A DNA stretch of 64,000 nt from contig DEVL01000004.1 in assembly GCA_002363385.1 (NCBI GenBank), positions 155,630 to 219,629 on the forward strand, written 5' to 3'. The DNA comes from Stenotrophomonas maltophilia. Lineage in GTDB: Bacteria > Pseudomonadota > Gammaproteobacteria > Xanthomonadales > Xanthomonadaceae. Every line of letters starts with the position of its first letter. Position 1 is the first letter of the stretch. The notes under the pieces were generated by a model. The model was given only the letters and a program-made list of their open reading frames with translations. It had not been told where the DNA came from and did not search any database. The translations under genes and the position numbers were made by a program. Of the stretch, positions 18,939 through 28,119 are shown piece by piece.

Positions 18939-19913
18939 CTAGTTGCGCATTCCCTTGCGCAGGAGCAGCCAAAGGCCGGTCGCGAAGATCAACCACGCGA
19001 CGGCCACGGCAGCCTCCCACCTCGGCTGCAAATTCGTGCATGCATTAAACACTGCCGCACTGAATATTCCAAAAACAAGATACACCCAGGTGACGAAAGT
19101 GTGGCTTGCGCCACTTTTCACCGCGCGCTGATAGAGATGCTGCGTGTGGGGTTCCATCCAGCGCTGTCCCGACAGGATGCGCGAAAGCAGTGTGAAGCCT
19201 GCGTCCACAAGAAAGGCTGACAGCGGCACGAGCAGCAGCAACCAGTGGATATCCGTGCGCACACTGGCCAGACACACCAGGGCGGCGATCGCATAGCCTA
19301 GCGCCCCGCTCCCCACGTCCCCCATGAAGATGCGCGCGCGCGGGTAGTTGAACGGCAGGAAGCCCAGACAGGCCAGCCCCAGCACCACGCCCGCCAGCCC
19401 ATAGGGCGGCGGCAGCACCAGCGCGAAGGCGATGCCGGCCAGAATCGCCTGGGTGGTGGCAATCCCGTTGATCCCATCCATGAAGTTCCAGATGTTGATC
19501 AACGAGGTGGTAAACAACAGCGCAAGCAGGGCCTGCCAAGGATTGCCCGTGGCATGCAGCACCAGGCCGGCAAGCAACGCCGCCGCCACAAGGTGCACCA
19601 GCAGACGGCGGATCGCAGGTAACGGGCGGTGGTCGTCCCACCAGCCGATGCCGGCCACGAGCACCAGCCCCAGCGCGAACACCGCCAGCGCGCCCCAGGC
19701 CTTGGGCCAGATCATCGCCGCGACGACCGTCGCCAGCAACAGGGTCAATACGATTGCAATGCCACCGCCGCGCGGCGTCGCGACACCATGGCTGCGGCGC
19801 TCGCCGGGCTCATCCAACAGATTGCGCCGAAGTGCATAGGCGCGGGCGCCCCAGGTCAGCCCCGCCGACACCGCCAGCACTGCCAGCAGCCCGGACATCC
19901 AAGCGACCATCAT
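18939..19913 (-). CDS. Glycosyltransferase family 4, polyprenyl-phosphate HexNAc-1-phosphate transferase (WbpL/WecA-like) (324 aa)
   Basis: This is a polytopic membrane protein with DDxxxL-type (WWDDHRPL) and NFMDGINGI motifs typical of the MraY/WecA superfamily. Confidence 0.8.
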   Translation of the reverse strand: MMVAWMSGLLAVLAVSAGLTWGARAYALRRNLLDEPGERRSHGVATPRGGGIAIVLTLLLATVVAAMIWPKAWGALAVFALGLVLVAGIGWWDDHRPLPAIRRLLVHLVAAALLAGLVLHATGNPWQALLALLFTTSLINIWNFMDGINGIATTQAILAGIAFALVLPPPYGLAGVVLGLACLGFLPFNYPRARIFMGDVGSGALGYAIAALVCLASVRTDIHWLLLLVPLSAFLVDAGFTLLSRILSGQRWMEPHTQHLYQRAVKSGASHTFVTWVYLVFGIFSAAVFNACTNLQPRWEAAVAVAWLIFATGLWLLLRKGMRN

Positions 19914-19916
19914 GCG

Positions 19917-21095
19917 TCAGAGCACCGCGTAGTTGAGCAAGGGCTTGACGGTGCCCCATTCCTTGCAGCTCGGGCACTGCCAGTGATGCGTGCGCGCGCC
20001 GAAGCCACAGCGCGTGCAGCGGTAGGCCGGGTTGCGGACCAGCAGCTGATCGGTGATGTGCTTGAGGTCGTGCAGGGTCGCGGTCGAATCTGCGCCTTCG
20101 GCCAGGGTCAGGTCGATCAGCGCCGACTCACCACGGACCGACGGACGATCCTTGAGCTGGCGGCCGAGATAGGCGCGTGCCGGGGCGACGCCCTCCTGCT
20201 CTTCCATCAGCTGGGTCAGGGCCAGCACCGGGGCGATGCCGCGATAGTGCTCGGTCATCTCCGACAGGAACGCGCGCGCGCCACCCAGGTCACCGACCTT
20301 GCGGTAGTTCTGCATCAGCGATTGCAGCACTTCGGGCAGATACTCGGGATCGTTGCGCGCAGCGCGCTCATAGGCACGCACGGCCGCTTCGGCATTGCCG
20401 GCATCGTTCTCCAGGCGCCCCTCGATGATGCCGGCACGCACCGACATCGCATCGGCCTGGTAGGCACGCGCGATCGCCGCCCGCGCTTCCTCGATCTTGC
20501 CGGCACCGCGGTAGCGCTCGGCCAGTTCGCACTCGAACTGCCCGATCAGCTTGCCCATCGGCTCGCCGGTGACTTCTTCGAAGCGGCTGGCGTTGTCGAT
20601 CGCCTTTTCCCAATCGCGCTCGGCCTGGTAGATGCCGATCAGGTGCTTGAGCGCCTGCGGGGCACGCTGGTCGATCTGGGCCAGCTCGGTGAACACGGTT
20701 TCGGCGCGATCGAGCAGACCAGACTTCATGTAGTCCTCGCCCAGCGCCAGCAGTGCCTGGACGCGCTGCTGATCGGTCAGATCGGCGCGGTTGACCAGGC
20801 CCTGGTGCAGGCGGATCGCACGATCCACCTCACCGCGGCGGCGGAACAGGTGGCCCAGCGCGACCTGGGTCTCGAAGGTTTCCTTGTCCAGCTCGGCGAT
20901 GTGCAGGAACAGCTCGATCGCCTTGTCCGGCTGCTCGTTGAGCAGATAGTTCAGGCCACGGAAATACGTGCTGGACAGATGACTGACCTGGTTGTCGCCA
21001 TGGCGTTGACCGCCGCGACGCCCGATCACCCAGCCGGACAGCGCGGCCAGGGGCAGGAACAGGAAGAACCAGAACCACTCGGAGACAAATTCCAT
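19917..21095 (-). CDS. lapB: Lipopolysaccharide assembly protein LapB (YciM): TPR repeats plus a C-terminal rubredoxin-like zinc finger (392 aa)
   Basis: An N-terminal TM segment and TPR repeats are followed by the C-terminal CTRCGF...HHWQCPSCKEWGTVKP. It lies directly downstream of lapA. Confidence 0.88.
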   Translation of the reverse strand: MEFVSEWFWFFLFLPLAALSGWVIGRRGGQRHGDNQVSHLSSTYFRGLNYLLNEQPDKAIELFLHIAELDKETFETQVALGHLFRRRGEVDRAIRLHQGLVNRADLTDQQRVQALLALGEDYMKSGLLDRAETVFTELAQIDQRAPQALKHLIGIYQAERDWEKAIDNASRFEEVTGEPMGKLIGQFECELAERYRGAGKIEEARAAIARAYQADAMSVRAGIIEGRLENDAGNAEAAVRAYERAARNDPEYLPEVLQSLMQNYRKVGDLGGARAFLSEMTEHYRGIAPVLALTQLMEEQEGVAPARAYLGRQLKDRPSVRGESALIDLTLAEGADSTATLHDLKHITDQLLVRNPAYRCTRCGFGARTHHWQCPSCKEWGTVKPLLNYAVL

Positions 21096-21101
21096 CGGCG
21101 C

Positions 21102-21386
21102 TCAGCGTCCGTCGAATGTAGAAGAAGAAGGGGGAGCCACGACCACGGCAGGCGCGGCCTTCTGCGCACGGCGCAGTTTGGCGTACAGCGGGATCACCAT
21201 GCTGGCCAGCACGAGGCCGCCGCCGATGAGCGCACCGGACAACAAGGCGATGATGATCGCCACGCCGGTGGTGGAATTGATCTGGGTAAAGCCCAGGCTG
21301 ATGATGATCGGCTGCGAATTGAGCGCACCGATGATCAGACCCACGACCAGAACCGCCAGCAGGATCAGCAGACGTACGATATTCAT
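21102..21386 (-). CDS. lapA: Lipopolysaccharide assembly protein LapA (YciS, DUF1049) (94 aa)
   Basis: It is a small protein with two TM segments in the ihfB-lapA-lapB arrangement. Confidence 0.72.
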   Translation of the reverse strand: MNIVRLLILLAVLVVGLIIGALNSQPIIISLGFTQINSTTGVAIIIALLSGALIGGGLVLASMVIPLYAKLRRAQKAAPAVVVAPPSSSTFDGR

Positions 21387-21464
21387 GCAGCAGCTCCAGT
21401 TCCGTAGGGCTCAAGAGTAGCGGACTAACACTCCGCTCTACCAGCCGACTCCGTGGAAATCACG

Positions 21465-21484
21465 CATCCGCCCCTTGGCGGATG
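21465..21484 (-). terminator. Hairpin downstream of ihfB, a candidate terminator or attenuator
   Basis: CATCCGCC-cctt-GGCGGATG lies 6 nt after the ihfB stop. On the minus strand it is followed by CGTGATTTCC, a weak T tract. Confidence 0.45.
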
Positions 21485-21489
21485 GACAC

Positions 21490-21795
21490 TCAGGCAGGAT
21501 CGCTTTCCAGCGGCACCACGGCGCTGACGCGCTCACGCAGTTCCTTGCCCGGCTTGAAGTGCGGGACATGCTTGCCCGGCAACGCGACCGATTCCCCGGT
21601 CTTGGGGTTGCGCCCCAGCCGTGCAGGCCGGTAGTGCAACGAAAAACTGCCGAACCCACGGATCTCGATGCGATCCCCGCCGGCCAGCGCCCCACCCATC
21701 ATTTCCAACAACGACTTCACGGCCAGATCGACATCGTCCGACTTCAAATGCGCCTGTCGGCGCGCCAGGATTTCGATCAGCTCGGATTTGGTCAT
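21490..21795 (-). CDS. ihfB: Integration host factor beta subunit (101 aa)
   Basis: MTKSELIE..., [10 protein letters not shown] and GRNPKTGE are HU/IHF family signatures. It lies in the conserved position downstream of rpsA. Confidence 0.95.
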   Translation of the reverse strand: MTKSELIEILARRQAHLKSDDVDLAVKSLLEMMGGALAGGDRIEIRGFGSFSLHYRPARLGRNPKTGESVALPGKHVPHFKPGKELRERVSAVVPLESDPA

Positions 21796-21828
21796 TACGG
21801 GCTCTTGGGGAGGAACTCAGACCCTGAA

Positions 21829-21854
21829 ACGGCCCGGACTGATGTCCGGGCCGT
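21829..21854 (-). terminator. Strong hairpin between rpsA and ihfB
   Basis: ACGGCCCGGAC-tgat-GTCCGGGCCGT is a perfect 11-bp stem. On the minus strand it is followed by TTCAGGG. Confidence 0.6.
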
Positions 21855-21882
21855 CCAGGAAACTACGACAGCGACAGACCGA

Positions 21883-23568
21883 TTACTCGGACTTGTTGCC
21901 GTTCAGCTGTGCACGCAGCAGCGCGCCGAGCTGGGTGGTGCCGCTGGAAGCCGAAGAGGACTGGTATTCCTCCAGCACTTCGCGCATTTCCGCATCGTCC
22001 TTGGCCTTGATCGACAGCTGCAGGGTACGACCCTTGCGATCCATGCCCACGAACTTGGCTTCGACCTTGTCGCCGACCTTCAGGAACTGGGTCGCGTCGT
22101 CAACGCGCTCGTTCGCAACGTCGCGAGCGGCCACGTAGCCTTCGATGCCGTCAGCCAGTTCGATGGTAGCGCCCTTGGCGTCCACTTCCTTGACCACGCC
22201 TTCGACCTTCGAACCCTTCGGGTTGGCAGCCATGTACTGACCGAACGGATCCTGCTCCAGCTGCTTGACGCCCAGGCTGATGCGCTCGCGCTCCGGATCG
22301 ACGGCCAGGACGACGGCGTCCAGGTTGTCGCCCTTCTTGAAGTTGCGGACCACGTCTTCGCCGGTGGTGTTCCAGCTGATGTCGGACAGGTGCACCAGGC
22401 CATCGATACCGCCGTCCAGGCCGATGAAGATGCCGAAGTCGGTGATCGACTTGATCTGGCCCGAGACCTTGTCACCCTTCTTGTGGATGGCAGCGAAGGT
22501 TTCCCACGGATTGGCGGCAACCTGCTTCATGCCCAGCGAGATGCGGCGACGCTCCTCGTCCACGTCCAGGACCATGACTTCAACTTCGTCACCGACCTGC
22601 ACAACCTTGGACGGGTTGACGTTCTTGTTGGTCCAATCCATTTCCGACACGTGCACCAGGCCTTCGACGCCCGGCTCGATCTCGACGAATGCGCCGTAAT
22701 CGGTGACGTTGGAGACCTTGCCGAAGACGCGGCTGTTGGCCGGGTAACGACGGGCGATGTTGTCCCACGGATCTTCGCCCAGCTGCTTCAGACCCAGCGA
22801 AACGCGGTTGCGCTCGCGGTCGAACTTCAGCACGCGCACGTCCAGCTCGTCGCCGACGTTCACGACTTCGGACGGATGGCGCACGCGCTTCCAGGCCATG
22901 TCGGTGATGTGCAGCAGGCCGTCGATACCGCCCAGGTCCACGAATGCGCCGTAATCGGTCAGGTTCTTGACGACACCCTTCAGGATCGCGCCTTCCTGCA
23001 GCTTGTCCATCAGCTGCTCGCGCTCTTCCGAATGCTCGCTTTCGACGACTGCACGACGGGACACAACGACGTTGTTACGCTTGCGGTCCAGCTTGATGAG
23101 CTTGAATTCCAGCTCCTTGCCTTCCAGGTAGGCCGGGTCGCGCACGGGGCGCACATCCACCAGCGAACCGGGCAGGAACGCGCGGACATCCTTGATGTCC
23201 ACAGTGAAACCACCCTTGACCTTGCCGCTGATGCGGCCGGTGATGGTTTCGTTCTTTTCCAACGCTTCTTCCAGCTCGTCCCACACCATCGCGCGCTTGG
23301 CTTTCTCACGCGACAGGACGGTTTCACCGAAGCCGTTCTCGATGGAATCGAGGGCAACCTTGACGACGTCGCCTTCAGCGACATCGATCTCGCCAGCGTC
23401 GTTACGGAACTGTTCGATCGGCACGATGCCTTCGGACTTCAGGCCGGCGTTGATCACCACGACATCGCCGCGGACTTCAACAACGACACCGCTGACGATC
23501 GAGCCCGGCTTCAGCTTGGCCAGATTGGCCTGACTGGCTTCGAACAGCTCTGCAAATGATTCGGTCAT
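21883..23568 (-). CDS. rpsA: 30S ribosomal protein S1 with six S1 domains (561 aa)
   Basis: [10 protein letters not shown]... begins the protein, and S1 motifs recur (GFLPGS, DYGAFV, GLVHxS). The start is taken at ATG 23568. Confidence 0.96.
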   Translation of the reverse strand: MTESFAELFEASQANLAKLKPGSIVSGVVVEVRGDVVVINAGLKSEGIVPIEQFRNDAGEIDVAEGDVVKVALDSIENGFGETVLSREKAKRAMVWDELEEALEKNETITGRISGKVKGGFTVDIKDVRAFLPGSLVDVRPVRDPAYLEGKELEFKLIKLDRKRNNVVVSRRAVVESEHSEEREQLMDKLQEGAILKGVVKNLTDYGAFVDLGGIDGLLHITDMAWKRVRHPSEVVNVGDELDVRVLKFDRERNRVSLGLKQLGEDPWDNIARRYPANSRVFGKVSNVTDYGAFVEIEPGVEGLVHVSEMDWTNKNVNPSKVVQVGDEVEVMVLDVDEERRRISLGMKQVAANPWETFAAIHKKGDKVSGQIKSITDFGIFIGLDGGIDGLVHLSDISWNTTGEDVVRNFKKGDNLDAVVLAVDPERERISLGVKQLEQDPFGQYMAANPKGSKVEGVVKEVDAKGATIELADGIEGYVAARDVANERVDDATQFLKVGDKVEAKFVGMDRKGRTLQLSIKAKDDAEMREVLEEYQSSSASSGTTQLGALLRAQLNGNKSE

Positions 23569-23761
23569 TAGATTTACTCTGTTGGACACATGGGCATTGG
23601 CCCCCGAGGGAACCGCTTACTGCCCGCCTGTTGGTCGACCCCGGAAACGCAGGTCGTGTGTTAAGTAGGAAAACCGCCACGCATCATTGCGGGACGGAGC
23701 TTTTGTTGCCTTGCGATGGTGCGACACCGCCGATGGATTGACGGCCCTCCTTTACAACGGA

Positions 23762-24442
23762 TCAGGCACCCGAAACCGGAAGCAGATCCAATACCTTGGC
23801 AACGACGGCGTCGATGCCAATACCACTGGTGTCGATGACGACGGCATCGTCTGCCGGCTTCAGGGGCGCCACTGTGCGCTGTGCATCACGGGCGTCGCGG
23901 GCCATGATCTCGCGCAGGAGGTCGTCAAAGTTAACCGAAACACCCTTGTCTTTCAACTGCTTATGCCGGCGCTCGGCCCGCTCTTCGGCGCTGGCGGTCA
24001 AAAACACCTTGAATGGCGCGTCCGGGAAGATGACCGTGCCCATGTCCCGGCCGTCGGCGACCAGGCCCGGCTCCATCCTGAATGCGCGCTGGCGCTCTTT
24101 CAGCGCCGCCCGGACCTCCGGGATGGCCGCGATCGCCGACGCCAGGGCGCCGGTGGTCTCCAGGCGCAGTTCGTCGGTCGCGTCGGTCTCGTTGACCAGC
24201 ACCCGCAGCCCGCCATCGGCCGATTCCACGAACCGCACATGGGTGTCGAAGGTGCAGCGGACCAGCGCCGAGGCGTCGGAGGTATCGATATCAGCCCAGC
24301 TGGCCGCCACGCCCACCGCCCGGTACAGGGCGCCCGAATCCAGGTAATGCCAGCCCAACCGGCGTGCGACAATGCGGCTGACAGTGCCTTTTCCGGCCCC
24401 GGAAGGGCCATCGATGGTGAGCACGGAAGGAAGCTGATTCAT
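23762..24442 (-). CDS. cmk: Cytidylate kinase (226 aa)
   Basis: [14 protein letters not shown] is the P-loop and YLDSGALYR is present. It lies upstream of rpsA as in many Proteobacteria. The start is taken at ATG 24442. Confidence 0.93.
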   Translation of the reverse strand: MNQLPSVLTIDGPSGAGKGTVSRIVARRLGWHYLDSGALYRAVGVAASWADIDTSDASALVRCTFDTHVRFVESADGGLRVLVNETDATDELRLETTGALASAIAAIPEVRAALKERQRAFRMEPGLVADGRDMGTVIFPDAPFKVFLTASAEERAERRHKQLKDKGVSVNFDDLLREIMARDARDAQRTVAPLKPADDAVVIDTSGIGIDAVVAKVLDLLPVSGA

Positions 24443-24516
24443 GGGTTTCCCTGTAAAATTGACGGCCCATTCTAGCCCCTGCCCGGGGTGCTCCGAGACC
24501 TTTTTGGTGCAACCAC

Positions 24517-24546
24517 TTGAAAGGATGGAAAAAAGCCCGGTAGAAT
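24517..24546 (+). promoter_or_regulatory. Candidate sigma70 promoter for the L36 gene: TTGAAA-18 nt-TAGAAT
   Basis: The -35 TTGAAA lies at 24517-24522 and the -10 TAGAAT at 24541-24546, about 90 nt upstream of the L36 ATG. Both hexamers are close to consensus in an otherwise GC-rich gap. Confidence 0.5.
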
Positions 24547-24636
24547 GGCGGGCTTGAACGGGCGTCACCTGCCGATTGTCATCTGCATATCGCGGCCGCG
24601 CTCCAACCGAATCCAACGTTTACGCCGAGGTATGCA

Positions 24637-24762
24637 ATGAAAGTCCTTTCTTCCCTGAAGTCGGCCAAGTCCCGTCACCGTGACTGCAAGGTCGTCCGTC
24701 GCCGTGGCAAGATCTTCGTGATCTGCAAGTCGAACCCGCGTTTCAAGGCTCGCCAGCGCTGA
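24637..24762 (+). CDS. rpmJ: 50S ribosomal protein L36, type B (the YkgO-like paralogue lacking the zinc ribbon), 41 aa. It is not in the supplied ORF track.
   Basis: My own translation is [41 protein letters not shown]. It closely matches the E. coli YkgO pattern (..DC.IV.R.G...[12 protein letters not shown]). A GAGG RBS lies 7 nt upstream and a terminator follows. Confidence 0.9.
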   Translation: MKVLSSLKSAKSRHRDCKVVRRRGKIFVICKSNPRFKARQR

Positions 24763-24819
24763 GCCGGCCGGCCTCACGGCCGCCACCGGCCCCTCACCGG
24801 GCCGGATGATGAACAAGAA

Positions 24820-24840
24820 GCCGCCTACGGGCGGCTTTTT
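24820..24840 (+). terminator. Rho-independent terminator after the L36 gene
   Basis: GCCGCC-tacg-GGCGGC is followed by TTTTT. Confidence 0.8.
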
Positions 24841-24943
24841 GCTGCCATTTTTGTTGTAATCGCCGGGTAGCCCACGGCCGTCGGTCATCAGACCTGTGAC
24901 CCTGGGGCCTTCCGCATTCTTGACCACTGGGGAGTAGATCGAG

Positions 24944-25270
24944 ATGAAGCGTTACCTGACCACCTTGCCGTTGCTGGCCGTACTGGCCGTTTCCAGTGCC
25001 CACGCCGACACGCTGCTGATTGACCGCAGCCGTGAAAAGCCCGCTGTCGCCCTGCCCGTCCGCGGCCAGAGCATGCAGCAGGTCCAGACCCAGTTCGGCG
25101 ACCCGGGCGAACGTCTGGAACCGCGCGGCGGGCAGAAGCGCCAATGGCCGACGATTAACCGCTGGGTCTACCCGCAGTTCACCGTCTACTTCGAAAAGCA
25201 GAAGGTGATCGACGTGGTGGCCAACCGCGCCGACGCCAACGAGATCGGGCCGAAACCGCCGATCCGCTGA
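24944..25270 (+). CDS. Small secreted hypothetical protein, possibly with a BamE/SmpA_OmlA-like fold (108 aa)
   Basis: A signal peptide is present (MKRYLTTLPLLAVLAVSSAHA|D). The mature part has the pattern GQSMQQVQTQFGDP...WVYPQFTVYFEKQKV, which is reminiscent of SmpA/OmlA domains. The function is unknown. Confidence 0.55.
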   Translation: MKRYLTTLPLLAVLAVSSAHADTLLIDRSREKPAVALPVRGQSMQQVQTQFGDPGERLEPRGGQKRQWPTINRWVYPQFTVYFEKQKVIDVVANRADANEIGPKPPIR

Positions 25271-25316
25271 CCCCTTTCCCTTTGCCCGCCCACCGGCGGG
25301 CCATCGCATCGAGATC

Positions 25317-26351
25317 ATGAACGACACGCTCCGCTTTCCGGCCGAATGGGAATCCCAGTCCGCCATCCTGATCGCCTGGCCCCACGCCGACACCGACTGG
25401 GCAGATCGCCTGGGTGACGTCGAGGACACCTACATCGCGCTCGTCGCGGCCATCACCCGCTTCCAGCCGGTGGTGATCATCGTCGCCGACGACGACCTGG
25501 AGGCGTACGCCGACGCGCGTCTGCGCTCGAACCGGATCGATACGGACCGCGTACGGTTCGTGACCGCCCAGTACGACGACACCTGGCTGCGCGACTCCGG
25601 CCCGATCACGCTCAAGCGTTCCGATGGCGGCTTCCGCCTGCTGGACTTCCGCTTCACCGGCTGGGGCGGCAAGTTCGACGCGAGCCTGGATGATCAGCTG
25701 GTGGGCGTGCTGCACGCGGCCGGCACCTTCGCCAACGCCGAACTGCAGAGCATTCCGTTCGCGCTGGAAGGCGGCGGCATCGAGACCGATGGCGCCGGCA
25801 CTCTGCTGACCACCTGGCAGTGCCTGCACGAGCGTCATCCCGACCGCAGCCGCGAATCGCTCAGCACGGACCTGGCCACCTGGCTGGCGCAGGACCGTGT
25901 GCTGTGGCTGGATCACGGCTATCTGGAAGGCGACGACACCGACGCCCACATCGATACGCTGGCCCGCTTCGCCTCGACCGACAGCATCGTCTACCAGGCC
26001 TGCGATGACGCCAGCGATTCGCATTACACCGAACTGCAGGCGATGGGTGCCGAGCTGGCCGCGCTGCGGACCAGCGATGGCCAGCCGTATCGTCTGTTCC
26101 CGCTGCCGTGGGCGCAGCCGGTGATCGACGAAGGTCGTCGCCTGGCGGCGTCGTATGCGAATTATCTGATCCTCAATGGCGCGGTGCTGATGCCGGCCTA
26201 CGGCGATGCCGCCGACGAGGCTGCGCGTGCGGTGTTGGCCCAGGCGTATCCGGACCGCGAGATCGTGGCGGTGCCGTGCCGTTCGCTGATCTGGCAGAAC
26301 GGCAGCCTGCACTGCATCACGATGCAGCTGCCGGCGGGGTTGCTGGCCTGA
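25317..26351 (+). CDS. aguA: Agmatine deiminase, PAD_porph family (344 aa)
   Basis: FPAEWESQ and WLRDSGP are present, with the catalytic Cys in the C-terminal GSLHCITMQ. An N-carbamoylputrescine amidase gene follows. Confidence 0.88.
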   Translation: MNDTLRFPAEWESQSAILIAWPHADTDWADRLGDVEDTYIALVAAITRFQPVVIIVADDDLEAYADARLRSNRIDTDRVRFVTAQYDDTWLRDSGPITLKRSDGGFRLLDFRFTGWGGKFDASLDDQLVGVLHAAGTFANAELQSIPFALEGGGIETDGAGTLLTTWQCLHERHPDRSRESLSTDLATWLAQDRVLWLDHGYLEGDDTDAHIDTLARFASTDSIVYQACDDASDSHYTELQAMGAELAALRTSDGQPYRLFPLPWAQPVIDEGRRLAASYANYLILNGAVLMPAYGDAADEAARAVLAQAYPDREIVAVPCRSLIWQNGSLHCITMQLPAGLLA

Positions 26352-26382
26352 TCGACCAGTGAGCACCTCGGCCTGGCGGGCC

Positions 26383-26471
26383 GGAGCGGGTTTGCGGGGG
26401 ACGCCGTAAACCCATCCCTGGGGGCTTAAGTCGCGGCATCCATGCCGCTCATACCCCCGCAAACCCGCTCC
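26383..26471. repeat. Structured intergenic element: an 18-bp perfect inverted repeat enclosing a nested 7-bp hairpin
   Basis: GGAGCGGGTTTGCGGGGG (26383-26400) pairs perfectly with CCCCCGCAAACCCGCTCC (26454-26471). The 53-nt loop contains GCGGCAT-cc-ATGCCGC. Confidence 0.7.
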
Positions 26472-26566
26472 GACCCGCCTTCGACAGTGGGTCGGCAGCC
26501 GACGGAAGAGCGACAGCCCGCAACTGATGGTTGTGGCCCGTCCACCGATGTTCCGGCCATCCTGCA

Positions 26567-26590
26567 GAGCCGGCCAGCGGCCGGCACCAC
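26567..26590. repeat. Degenerate SMAG-like palindrome GAGCCGGCCAGCGGCCGGCACC
   Basis: It has the GGCCGG..GGCCGG palindromic core of the SMAG family but no GTAG/CTAC ends. It lies in the aguA-aguB spacer. Confidence 0.5.
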
Positions 26591-26680
26591 CGATGCGGGT
26601 GTTGCCCATTTAGCAGCCAGCACGCTGCGTGCACCCATCCGCGATAAACTGCGTTTTTCCCCTTGCAGGACCGTCTCCGG

Positions 26681-27568
26681 ATGAGCTCACGCCACACCCT
26701 TTCCGTCGCCCTGATCCAGGAGCGCAACCACGGCGATGCCGAGGCCAATCTGGCCGTCATCGAAGCGCGCGTGGCTGAAGCGGCCGCTCAGGGTGCCAAG
26801 CTGATCCTGCTGCAGGAACTGCACAACGGCGCGTACTTCTGCCAGCACGAGTCGGTCGATGAGTTCGATCTGGCCGAGCCGATCCCGGGCCCGAGCACCG
26901 AACGGCTGGGGGCGTTGGCCAAGAAGCACGGCGTGGTGCTCGTCGGCTCGCTGTTCGAGCGTCGCGCGGCGGGGCTGTACCACAACACCGCAGTGGTCTT
27001 CGAGAAAGACGGCACCCTGCTCGGCAAGTACCGCAAGATGCACATCCCGGATGATCCGGGCTTCTACGAGAAGTTCTACTTCACCCCGGGCGATCTGGGC
27101 TTCACCCCGATCGATACCTCGGTGGGTCGTCTTGGCGTGCTGGTGTGCTGGGACCAGTGGTACCCGGAAGCGGCGCGTCTGATGGCGCTGGCCGGTGCCG
27201 AGCTGCTGCTCTATCCCACCGCGATCGGCTGGGACCCGGATGACCAGCGCGACGAACAGGGCCGCCAGCGCGATGCGTGGGTGCTGAGCCACCGCGGCCA
27301 TGCGGTGGCCAACGGCGTTCCGGTGCTGAGCTGCAACCGCGTCGGCCATGAAGCCTCGCCGCTGGGCGCGTCGGGCATCCAGTTCTGGGGCAACAGCCAC
27401 GTGCTGGGCCCGCAGGGCGAGTTCATCGCCGAAGCCGGTGGCGAGCCGACGGTGCTGGTCTGCGATGTGGACCTGCAGCGCAGCGAACACGTGCGCCGCA
27501 TCTGGCCGTTCCTGCGTGATCGCCGCATCGATGCATACGGCGATCTGCTCAAGCGCTACATCGACTGA
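26681..27568 (+). CDS. aguB: N-carbamoylputrescine amidase, a carbon-nitrogen hydrolase (295 aa)
   Basis: Nitrilase-superfamily catalytic motifs are present: LQELH, YRKMHIP and VLVCWDQWYPE. It is paired with aguA. Confidence 0.88.
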   Translation: MSSRHTLSVALIQERNHGDAEANLAVIEARVAEAAAQGAKLILLQELHNGAYFCQHESVDEFDLAEPIPGPSTERLGALAKKHGVVLVGSLFERRAAGLYHNTAVVFEKDGTLLGKYRKMHIPDDPGFYEKFYFTPGDLGFTPIDTSVGRLGVLVCWDQWYPEAARLMALAGAELLLYPTAIGWDPDDQRDEQGRQRDAWVLSHRGHAVANGVPVLSCNRVGHEASPLGASGIQFWGNSHVLGPQGEFIAEAGGEPTVLVCDVDLQRSEHVRRIWPFLRDRRIDAYGDLLKRYID

Positions 27569-27588
27569 CCGACCAGGACACCCCCACC

Positions 27589-28119
27589 GTGACCGTGCAG
27601 CTGCGCGATGCCACCGATGCCGATATCGCGGCCATCACCGCGATCTATGCGGTGGAAGTGACCGACTTCGTCAACACCTACGAGTACGAGATTCCGGAGG
27701 CGGCCGAAATGCGCCGCCGCATGCAGGACATCGTCGGCCGCGGCTTTCCGTACCTCGTGGCAGAGGTCGATGGCCAGGTGGCCGGCTATGCCTACGCCAA
27801 TACCTATCGCGGCCGGATCGCCTACCAGTGGACCGTGGAGAACTCGGTCTATGTGGATGCGGCGTTCCAGGGCCGCGGCGTCGGCACCGCGCTGATGCAG
27901 GGCCTGATCGATGCCTGCGTCGCGCGCGGTTACCGGCAGATGGTGGCCGTGATCGGCGAGCCCACCAACACCGCCTCCATCAAACTGCACGAGCGTTTCG
28001 GTTTCCATACCGTCGGCGTTTTCCGCGGCCTCGGCCGCAAGCATGGCCGCTGGCTGGATACCGTCCAGATGCAGCGCGCGCTCGGCGATGGTGCCGACAG
28101 CGCCCCTTCGAATGAATGA
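27589..28119 (+). CDS. GNAT-family N-acetyltransferase, of the phosphinothricin / methionine sulfoximine acetyltransferase type (176 aa)
   Basis: The acetyl-CoA site is QGRGVGTAL, with ASIKLHERFGF and the typical PAT-like N-terminus IRDATDADIAAITAIY. The start is GTG. Confidence 0.75.
   Translation: MTVQLRDATDADIAAITAIYAVEVTDFVNTYEYEIPEAAEMRRRMQDIVGRGFPYLVAEVDGQVAGYAYANTYRGRIAYQWTVENSVYVDAAFQGRGVGTALMQGLIDACVARGYRQMVAVIGEPTNTASIKLHERFGFHTVGVFRGLGRKHGRWLDTVQMQRALGDGADSAPSNE

Noticed and set aside
21475-23559. Large antisense ORFs opposite rpsA. The same class includes 38430-40595 (opposite uup and the LysR gene), 41405-43831 (yeiH/dbpA), 44668-47058 (quiA), 52022-53803 (pcaF/pcaJ), 55437-57119 (pcaK/quiB), 58060-60003 (porin and beta-helix gene) and 59829-61985 (selO).
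   Set aside because: All are antisense to genes with strong family signatures, and all have repetitive Arg/His/Gly/Ala-rich translations. I treated them as GC-content artefacts.
24443-24636. A Zur/Fur-type box regulating the type-B L36 gene
   Set aside because: I found no AT-rich palindrome of the Fur/Zur type in the cmk/L36 intergenic region. Only a sigma70-like promoter stands out. Zinc regulation therefore remains untested rather than supported.
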